A DNA stretch of 20,000 bases. Source: Vicugna vicugna. Its lineage: Eukaryota. The translations under genes were made by a program, and so were the position numbers. The notes beneath the pieces are model-generated. The model had not been told where the DNA came from. It was given only the letters and a program-made list of their open reading frames with translations, and ran no database searches. Shown in pieces: positions 12,523-20,000 of the stretch; the stretch's first letter is position 1; each line of letters starts with the position of its first letter. The stretch is from contig MU057484.1 in NCBI GenBank assembly GCA_013265495.1, positions 121,156 to 141,155 on the forward strand, in the 5' to 3' direction.

Positions 12523-12625
12523 GTTACACTCTCATTTGAAGGATGAGGAAAATGACACTCAGGGAGAGGAGGCAAATTTCCTGAGGTTCCAAAGACAAAA
12601 AGGGAAGAGCACAGAATAAGATCCC
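12523..12625 (-). mobile_element. MIR core fragment, degraded
   Basis: ctcatttgaaggatgaggaaaatgacactcagggagagg...ttcctgaggttc resembles the MIR core cccattttacagatgaggaaactgaggctcagagagg...tgcccaaggtc. Confidence 0.55.
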
Positions 12626-13586
12626 TGCAAATTTCTTGGCTGTCATCAGCCTTTAGGTCAGTGACAGAGTGCCGTGTATAATAGTAAAGATGTAGCGTGC
12701 ATTTAGAAGGGTGAAGATGTTTTTGTTTTTGTTGATAAAATCACACTGTATTTTCTGGGACTCTGAAAAAGAGAAATGGGTCAGAAAATGTTAGTTTCTC
12801 ATCCTTGGTCCTTCCTCAACCTCACAGATATGGACCCTTCCATCTGTAGTAGGAATAAGACAGCCCCAGCCTTCCCGTCTTATGAGATCAGTACTCATTC
12901 ATTTCATCCGTGCCCACCTGTAGGTGATAAAGCACAGCATGATTTTCATATCCTGCTTCACTGATTCTTGTGAAATTAGGTGTTTGAACATTGCAACTCA
13001 TGAAAGGAAGCTGCTTTTTTTGATATAAACTGCAGTAATTTTCTTAGCAGAGAAGGAAATTGAGGATTTTCTTCATTGAAAATCAATAGAGATTTCAAGA
13101 GCATCTGTATTTCTGATGTGTAGATTAAAATGACAAAATCTAGAGGGATTACAGAAACAGAAGGAAGATATCAAAAGTGTCTTTAAAGAGCTTTTCTAAG
13201 ACTGGGCTTCTAAGGACAATGTTAGTTGACAGAGACCCTCTTCTCACACAGAGTCCCTCTCCTTATGTTGGAAAGTGCCAGTGTTTCCCCTGTGTGCAGT
13301 CCTGGTGCTTGAAGTGAGTTGTGGGGTAGGACGGTGCACATGGTGCTGCCTTCAGTTTGTTCATCCTAAGTAACACCTAGCAGTCAAAGGGAGAATGTGC
13401 TGCAACCTCATGATCCAGCCATCATGCTCCACGGGGTGTGTGCTTATCACAGCTCATCCCGGCTCAGGTGATGGCAGAGCAGAGAGTGGTGGCAAGAGGT
13501 CAGCCATGAGTAGCAGGGAGCAACTGGAGTCAGTTGGGACCCAAGTGGCTAGGAGTTCCAGGTGGAATTCCCAGGACTTCCCACAG

Positions 13587-13715
13587 CTCATTCATTCAGC
13601 TAATACTTCTCCAGCACCTGTGATGTGCTGGTGCTTCCGTTGTGAACAGAACCAAATCCCTGTCCTCATGAAGGTGACGTTCTAGTGGACATGAGAAATG
13701 ATACACACAGAAGCA
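13587..13715 (-). mobile_element. L2 3'-end fragment
   Basis: cattcattcagctaatac...agcacctgtgatgtgc...gtgaacagaaccaaatccctgtcctcatgaaggtgacgttctagtgg matches the L2 3' terminus in reverse orientation. Confidence 0.75.
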
Positions 13716-13829
13716 GATCCAGGTCAGGACACATGAGTGCTGTCTATTTTGGAGTGCACAAGGTGAGATCATTTGGGAAGGAATGTATGATATGGGAAAA
13801 TATGGGGGAGAGAATGGCCATATCCCAGG

Positions 13830-14399
13830 TCTTATTTGGGTCCCTGGTATGCACCTCGCCAAGTGTGGGTCCTTGGTTTGCACAGGAACGAATTCCAGAG
13901 AAAGCCACAGTTCAGTAAATGTAGATTAATTCAGACAGATATATACTCCATAGACAGATTGGGCTGTTTCATAAGGCAAGAGAAAGGCCATGATGTGTGG
14001 CAGTTGGGTGCCCCAGTTTAAAATAAAACTAGATACACACTCCACAGCTAGAGTGTGGGCTGTCTCCCTCAGCAGAGAGAGCAGCCACGAGGTTTGGGGT
14101 TGTTAGTTTTTATGCACTCAGTATCTTCATATGCAAAAATGTCAGAGGAATATTCCAACCGCCTTGGGGAAGGTGTTGGGATTCTCATAAATTGGGCCAC
14201 CACTCACCCTTTGACATTTTATGGTCAGCCTTGAACCTGTCCTGGCACCTGTGGGAGTGCCATTTAGCATCCTGCTGTATTTTTGTGAGCGTGTATAGAA
14301 GCTCAAGATCTACTGGGAGTTGACTTTTCCACCATCTTGTTGCTAATGGCTGTGCCACTCTTTTAATGGCTGTGCCCGGTTCCCTTACCTCCTGTCTCA
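13830..14399 (-). mobile_element. ERV1-class solo LTR, MER41-like
   Basis: Ends in ...cctcctgtctca at 14399 (TG start on the minus strand). Collinear blocks resemble the recalled MER41 consensus: gggtccttgg..caggaacgaattc, tactccatagacag, tttttatg..catatgc, ctgtcctggcacctgtgggagtg, ccatcttg. The left boundary and TSD are not resolved. Confidence 0.7.
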
Positions 14400-15159
14400 T
14401 GAAGGAGCTCTGGACTGATTGCACAATTGCAGAGCAGGGGACAGAGTGGAATGAACTTCATAAGTGGAAGGTGGAAGGCAGTGTTGGCAGTAGAATTCTC
14501 AAGTCAATTATAAGGTAAGTGTTTTCTGTTTGCTGGGGGTACCTGGTGTCACATTAGGGAGCTGTGAGCCTTGGGGACTTCAGTGAGTGGGTGGCTCACT
14601 TTGTATACTGTGTTGCTTCTTAGGCGGCCCAAGGACAGTTGGCTTATAGGTGACCCATTAACTCAAGCAGGGGTCTCTTTGGGGAATTTCTGCATGTGTG
14701 TCTAACATGGGTCACATGGGGAGCAGGACCGGCCAGTCACAGCCAGGTCCACAGTCACCTAGTGCACTCAAGGCTTTCATCGCATGGATGTGTCACCTCA
14801 CCCTGGATGGGGACAAGGGCACAAGTGGTGGGGCAGCTTCTCAGCGGTGGAGGCATTGCTCTCCAGACCCAACACTCAACAGCATGGACCCCTGGTTTTG
14901 GCCACAGTCTTGGTTAGATGAAGCTGTTGGGTAGCTAAGCTCATGAGACGTGAGTGCCATGCTTCCATTCTCACCAAGAGCTCTACTTTTGAATGTTCTG
15001 ATCAGACAGCCACAAATTCTCCCTATCCCATAAAAAAAGAACAGTCTCTTTCAATTGGGGAAGGGCACAGAGAAGGAGAATGGATCATCCCGATAGCAGG
15101 AGAGGCCAAATCAGTCCTGCCATCAGGGATCTGACAGACGAGCCAGCTCAGTTCCACTT

Positions 15160-15770
15160 ACTAGTTGTTTACTTGGAGGATCTGGGGTATTTGGGTGACA
15201 TGCAAGTGTCAGAAAATAGTACACTAGGGCTTTGTATATTTTCTGGTCCGGTGTTTACTCACGCCATTGGCGCTGTCGTGCAAGGAAACAAAACTTGGTG
15301 GACAACAGGCCATGGCCTCTGCTCCCTGGTGGGGCCAGGAGATTACAATGTTAAGTATGACAGCGGGGGCATCATTTCTATTTTGAGAGGCCGGATGGCC
15401 TTACATAACTCTCATGCTGGATGTCTAAGTTGCAGAGGGAAACTGGATTCCATCCAGCTCTCCAGCCAATGAGGAGACCAGAATTGGCCTCTCCCGCCAA
15501 TTGTGAGTTCTTCGCCTCCACTGACAGTAGCATCTATAGCAAAAAGCTGGGCTGCCACCTGCGTTTCCGTGTAAACATCCGAGTAGCCACAGCAATGGCC
15601 TCGTGAGTGTTGGTGTGCCCAAGGAAGCGGTGTGTGTGACGGAGGGAGGAGTGCTGGGATCAGACACCGGGCGGGCAGGCAGGCAGTGACGATATCTGTG
15701 CAGCGCAGCCGCAATGGAACAGAGCCAAAGGGAGGCGGGTTTTGGAGCAGGGAACCTGGGCAGTGCCGTG
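15160..15770 (+). promoter_or_regulatory. Candidate promoter / CpG-enriched regulatory region
   Basis: About 20 CpGs (counted by eye) fall in 15248-15770, against a CpG-poor background. CCAAT lies at 15466 (AGCCAATGAG), ATTGG at 15483 and CCAAT at 15497. Forkhead motifs are TGTTTAC at 15166 and 15252 and GTAAACA at 15571. TCCCGCCAA lies at 15492 and a GC box GGGCGGG at 15669. Confidence 0.5.
15595..15602 (+). CDS. Candidate first coding segment (ATG GCC TC, Met-Ala-Ser, phase-2 intron follows) of an unidentified gene
   Basis: Strong Kozak context gccacagcaATGG (G at -3 and +4). The donor CTC|GTGAGT at 15603 is followed by G-rich, intron-like sequence. It lies about 95 bp downstream of the CCAAT cluster. 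No downstream exon is confirmed. Confidence 0.3.
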
Positions 15771-15779
15771 TTTTTGGTA

Positions 15780-15925
15780 AGAAGTTCCTGGGCTCTGGAT
15801 CCAAGAAGTCATTGGCTTGATTCCTGACCCCAACCCTAATCTTGGGCAAATGTTTGAAGCTTTCTGTGCCTCTGTTTCTTGGTGTCCCAAATGGGGACAA
15901 TAGTCGCAATTACCCCTGAGAGTCA
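15780..15925 (+). mobile_element. MIR fragment
   Basis: cttgggcaaatgtttgaagctttctgtgcctctgtttc...aaatggggacaatag resembles the MIR core. Confidence 0.7.
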
Positions 15926-15984
15926 GGAGGGGCTTTCTAGACGTCATTACATTATGCTCACAGCAGCCCACGAGCAGGGTTCTA

Positions 15985-16090
15985 AGTTCCCCATTTTACA
16001 CGTGGCAGACCGGTAATCTTTTAATCAGAAATCACGCAGCTAAGAATGGTCAGAACCAGCATTTGAATTTGATAACTGTGTCCAGATTAT
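15985..16090 (-). mobile_element. MIR fragment, degraded
   Basis: ccccattttacacgtgg...tcacgcagctaagaatggtcagaaccagcatttgaa resembles the reverse-strand MIR. Confidence 0.55.
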
Positions 16091-16314
16091 TTCCAATCTC
16101 ACTCAGTATTACTGGAAATCTAGAAAAGTCAGAACAAACACTGCAGGGAAGTGGGTACTTGAAACATGTTTGTCGTCTTCGCCATTGGGAGTGTTGAGTT
16201 CACGTTCCTCACAGCTCGTCCAAGGCTCCCTGAGTCTCCGGCTGCCTCTTGTGGGGTCTGCATTGCTCTGGGCAGGTTCTCCTTTTTCTCTACCCCAAGG
16301 CTATCTGCTCTCAA

Positions 16315-16597
16315 CAGGTTGATTCTCAACCCTGACTGCTCAGTTGAGCTAATGTCTAAAAACACATAAAGGTGGGGAGGGTATGGCTCAGTGGTAGAGC
16401 ACGTGCTTAGCATGCAAGAGGTCCTGGGTTCAATTCCCAGTACCTCCATTAAAATAAATAAAGCTAACTAACCCCCCAAAAAAGGAAAGAAGTATTTAAT
16501 AAACAATAAACAGTACAAAGGCCCAACTCCATGCTGGGGCACACTATATTTCAAAGGCTCCCAGATGTTTCCCATGTGCAGGAGGGTGAGAACTACC
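16315..16597. mobile_element. MER5-like hAT-Charlie MITE, interrupted by a SINE
   Basis: The left arm gattctcaaccctgactgc and the right arm ggctcccagatgtttcccatgtgcaggagggtgagaactac resemble MER5 termini. The SINE occupies 16374-16507. Confidence 0.6.
16374..16507 (+). mobile_element. tRNA-Ala(AGC)-derived SINE, camelid Vic-1-like
   Basis: Head sequence ggggagggtatggctcagtggtagagcacgtgcttagcatgcaagaggtcctgggttcaattcccagtacctcca, with A box at 16384-16394 and B box at 16427-16437, then an A-rich tail. Degenerate TSD: aaacacataaagg (16360-16372) and aaacagtacaaagg (16508-16521). Confidence 0.9.
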
Positions 16598-16659
16598 CCT
16601 ATACACCTCTTCTAGTGAGCTTGTCAACTCACACCCATTAGCCTCTTGAAACAGGAAAA

Positions 16660-17465
16660 GTACTTGTCTCAGCCTAGAACTTTCTCCTGATTTCTAGACT
16701 TTTATTTGCCTACTGGACATCTCTCCTGGAGCCTACAGACACCCAGCCAGAACTGAATCAGTTGTCTCCTCTCACGACTTGCTCCCCTTCCTGCCCTTCT
16801 TATTTCAGGGAATGGCACTATAATTTAGGACACTGCCAAAGCCAGAAAGCTGGCCGTCATCTTTGACCGCTTCCTGCCCTTCCATCACACCTGTGGCCAA
16901 TCCGTCCACCTGCTGAAATGTTTTCTTCTCTCTCCTCCTGGCGGGGCCTCAGCAGGCCTTCACATGAATCTGCCAATAGGTCTCCCTGCCTCTATCTTGT
17001 CTCTTTCTAGATCACTTTGCATGTCTCCTCTACCTTGGTGGCACACAGAGTCCTTTGTGATGTGCACCTGTTATCTCTCCCCATGGTTGCCTCACCTGCC
17101 TCCCACACCCTGTGCTCACTTCTAGACTATTTGCATTTCCTGGAAGGGACCTGGCTCTCTTTGGTCTACCTGCTTTGCATGTGCAACTCCCCAGGTAGAA
17201 ATGGCCTTAATATTATACTTTCACCTGATCACTTCTAGGGCATCTCAGAACTCACCACAGTGGTTCCATCCTCCGGGAGAGCCTTGGCTAAAGTTCTGGC
17301 TCTCTGCCCTGAGCACCCTCTGCTGACTGTTATCCAAGTCCTCTTAATACGCCTCCACAGCCATCATTTCATGATGACTCTTGTGCACCTAGGAGCTCCC
17401 GGAAGCAGGGACTGTGTCTTTTTTCTCTTTATTCTCAGTGCATGGTAGAGACTCATGTATAATGG
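16660..17465 (+). mobile_element. L2 element, degraded 3' portion
   Basis: tctcagcctagaactttctcctgatttctagac...tgcctactggacatctc, ccaaagccagaaagctgg..gtcatctttgac and the terminal gagctcccggaagcagggactgtgtc are typical L2 blocks. Confidence 0.75.
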
Positions 17466-17860
17466 TGGAGGGAACAGTGGTTATTCTGGAATTTCTCTAG
17501 AGTTGGGGCCAAGGGGTAGCAATCTGGTTGGAAGAAGGGCTTAGGGGATTTACCTTGAAGCCACATTTTCAATTTCATGTTGTTTTTGTCTACTATTTGA
17601 AGTTACAAGTCTTAAAACAGAATGACGATTTCTAAAAATTACTTTACCGATGATTGAGGAAAATGGCAGTTTTCCATACTTAAGAATATTTTAATTTTGT
17701 GTGACTGGGGTGGTGGAAAATAAAAATGCAGGGGCTACTAAAGCATTCTCATCCCCTTCCCCACCCTCAGGTCCTTCGGACAGAAGAGAAAGAGGACTGT
17801 GAGGAGAAGGCTTGCAGGATGGACCATGCATTGCTTTTAAATCATGACAGTTACTTGTGC

Positions 17861-17957
17861 TTTTTTTTAACTTTCTTTCTTAATGGAGGTACTGGGGCTT
17901 GAACCCAGGACGTTGTACATTTTAAGCACATGCGCTACCACTGAGCTATATCCACCC
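17861..17957 (-). mobile_element. tRNA-Ala-derived SINE, camelid Vic-1-like (second copy)
   Basis: A T-rich tail, then tggaggtactggggcttgaacccagg...taagcacatgcgctaccactgagctatatccaccc, the reverse complement of the 16374 SINE head. Degenerate TSD: ttacttgtgctttt (17851) and atatttgtgttttt (17967). Confidence 0.9.
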
Positions 17958-18466
17958 TTCTCCACGATATTTGTGTTTTTAGTGGGCATAATGTGCTGGT
18001 AGCAGGTACTATAGCATCAGACACAGTCACCTGCCTCTGATCATTACGTTAATCTCTTTCCCCTGAGCTAGAGAGCTAGATAGTCTAATTTCACAAGTTC
18101 AATAAATTATCTACATTTTCTTTTCTCTTAAAAAATAGGCATTATCTCATGTTTCTCCTTAGTATCGCCTATAAATAAAATGTGATTTTATTAACCATAA
18201 CCAAAGTGTGTAATAAATATTAAGTACAGATTTCTGAAACATCAGTCATCACTGAAGATCCACATTCTGCTGTTCTCTCTCTCTCTTAGTCACCTTACTT
18301 CTAGAGTTCTGGAAGAGGGGCCAGGCAGAAATTGAGTAAGAATGGGACACGGTTGAGCAGGAAGAACAAGTCCGGCCAAAATAGGAGGCGTGGTATCCCC
18401 ACATGGATATAGATGAGATAACCCAGGAAATGTGGGTGCTGTTTAGATGCACTTTAGTCTTTATTT

Positions 18467-18647
18467 CTGGACTTGTCAGCCTTGGCTGCATGTTGGAATC
18501 ACCAGGGGACCTTAAAAAATGTTGGTGCCTGAATTCCATCACTGCAAACTCTGATGGTACTTAGTGGCCTGGGGTGCATTCTGGCATAGGGAAGTTTTGA
18601 TAGCTCCTCTGGTTATTCTAACGTGCAGCCAAGGTGAATGAGCACTG
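18467..18647. mobile_element. MER5 (MER5A/B-like) hAT-Charlie MITE
   Basis: Palindromic arms ccttggctgcatgttggaatcacca ... tggttattctaacgtgcagccaagg; about 180 bp long; ends in gcactg. Confidence 0.85.
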
Positions 18648-19329
18648 CCTGGAATGGTGGACACAGAAGAGAAGTGTAAAAAGGGGGAAAAGGAAAAGAC
18701 TGGAATAAATGTATAAGAAAACAGACATTGATTTGTATCCTTTCAAAACACAAATAAAAAAATTCAAATTAAAAATTAGCCGCTATGACATGTATGTAGA
18801 ATGAAAGACACATTGGTTTATATAGCTGTCTCCCATTATTTCAAATGTGCCTTCATTATTGCGGTCTCCTTTTCATTGTAGACTAGGTGCCCATTTGTCT
18901 TGAACTATGTCGCAGTCACTGCTCCCCCTTCGTTTTGGGATGTGCACAAAGCAGACTGGCTCTCATCCTAAAGTAAGAGAAAGTGTAGAAGAAGCAGGGA
19001 AACATTTGTTGAGGTGCCATCAGTGTTTGAGCAGTGTTTGAGCTAGGCATTTTATATAATTGTAAATGAGATTTTATTGCTGCCACTCCTGCTGTAAAAT
19101 TAAAAAAATAAAACTATATATCTTTGTATAAACATCCCAGAGCTATGAAAAGATGATTTTTTGAGTCATCTGCATTATTGCTTCTTTCCATCAGCTGAGA
19201 TAATTTAGAGCTGATGGTACTTGCAGTCAGCAGCAGCAGGACAGTAGGTTTTGGGCATGAATAACACTTGGAAAGAAAATGCTTCTACAAGGAGCATCTG
19301 AAAATGTCTCCAACTATAGATTTAATAAA

Positions 19330-19425
19330 CTGAATCACAGGTCTTCAGAATGTTGGCACTGAAAAGGTCTAGATGGAGCAGGTCAAATTCCCCTATTATA
19401 AATGGAAAAAAATGAGCTTCAGCTG
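19330..19425 (-). mobile_element. MIR-family fragment, highly degraded
   Basis: cagaatgttggcactgaaaaggtctaga...caaattcccctattataaatggaaaaaaatgag weakly resembles the MIR3/MIRc core. Confidence 0.4.
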
Positions 19426-19869
19426 CAAATAGAAAGTGACATTTCTCTTTTACAATGTAATAAGCTTCTAATAATCCCCATTATGAATAGTTCCCTTTGT
19501 TTACAACTGAAGATGGGGGTCAAAGCATATGTTGGTGAAAGATTCTACATTCAGAGATGAAAGCTGAAACTAAGACAAAATTAGATGTTCATAATGTTTT
19601 TGAGTCCTGAAAAAAAAAATGTATCATATTGGCAGCAAACAAAAAATACTGAAGAAAAGATTTTTGGTCATTTAAACTGCCAATATTAAACTTAAAATTG
19701 CCAACTAATTAGTTTAAATTTTCATTGGAACATACTTGTTGAAAAATTGAAAATGAAGACTCATTTCACTTTATCATTCTTCCTTATTTAAAAAATTGTT
19801 TAATTTTTTTTTTAGTTATTTAATTGAAGTGTTTTATTTTAACTGCTAATGCATGCTGCATTGTTTAGA

Positions 19870-20000
19870 GAGGCCAGCGTTGTGGTAGTGAGACCTTGGG
19901 AATGAAGATGCCTAAATTCATATTTGAACACAGCAGCTTGATTCCTGAGCGATCCTGGACAACTTAACTTCTCTGTGCCATAGTTTCCTATAAAATAAGA
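19870..20000 (+). mobile_element. MIR fragment, running off the right edge
   Basis: cctggacaacttaacttctctgtgccatagtttcctataaaataag resembles the MIR core; a degenerate tRNA-like head precedes it. Confidence 0.65.

Noticed and set aside
15080..15472. 130-aa plus-strand ORF
   Set aside because: I recognise no homology or domain, and it overlaps the promoter-like motifs. It is probably a chance ORF.
15412..15909. 165-aa minus-strand ORF, the longest in the window
   Set aside because: It starts at a non-ATG codon inside a MIR fragment, has no recognisable domain, and is explained by the low stop-codon density of GC-rich DNA.
16374..16448. tRNA-Ala(AGC) gene
   Set aside because: It has an A-rich tail, a TSD, stem mismatches and a second diverged copy at 17861-17957, so it is a tRNA-derived SINE rather than a tRNA gene.
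17745..17840. Acceptor ccccttccccaccctcag|G at 17770 as exon 2 of the candidate gene
   Set aside because: Joining it to ATGGCCTC gives MASSFGQKRKRTVRRRLAGWTMHCF*, with no strong donor before the stop and no recognisable protein.
18270..18345. Possible 31-nt exon (ctag|agttctgg...attga|gtaaga)
   Set aside because: In frame with the candidate ATG exon it ends in TGA, and it has no other support.
19021..19042. Tandem 11-mer cagtgtttgag x2
   Set aside because: A trivial slippage duplication inside degraded MIR/L2-like sequence.
1..20000. Prokaryote-type systems (CRISPR, retron, DGR, operons) suggested by the RT motifs and repeats
   Set aside because: The sequence is mammalian, the RT belongs to LINE-1, and there is no regularly spaced repeat-spacer array.

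Overview
Mammalian genomic DNA, AT-rich and repeat-dominated, probably from a camelid (alpaca, llama or camel), judged from two tRNA-Ala(AGC)-derived SINEs that resemble Vic-1. Bases 1-~9880 are almost entirely two minus-strand LINE-1 elements in tandem. The first is a younger but inactivated L1 (1-~4380: RT/EN parts of ORF2, spacer, ORF1, part of the 5' UTR). The second is an older, internally deleted L1M-type element (~4385-9880) carrying a 166-bp tandem duplication. Bases ~9880-20000 are a mosaic of unique DNA with a short L1 3' end, L2, MIR, MER5 and SINE copies and a MER41-like ERV1 solo LTR. I found no intact protein-coding gene; the listed ORFs are L1 remnants or chance ORFs. The most notable non-repeat signal is a locally CpG-rich segment at ~15160-15770. 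It has three clustered CCAAT boxes, three forkhead motifs, an E2F-like site and a strong-Kozak ATG followed 8 nt later by a GTGAGT splice donor, so it may be a promoter and first coding exon (Met-Ala-Ser...) of a gene I cannot name. A MER41-like LTR lies about 1.1 kb upstream. I see no convincing evidence for a novel biological system. All repeat family names come from recalled consensus similarity, not from a database search.
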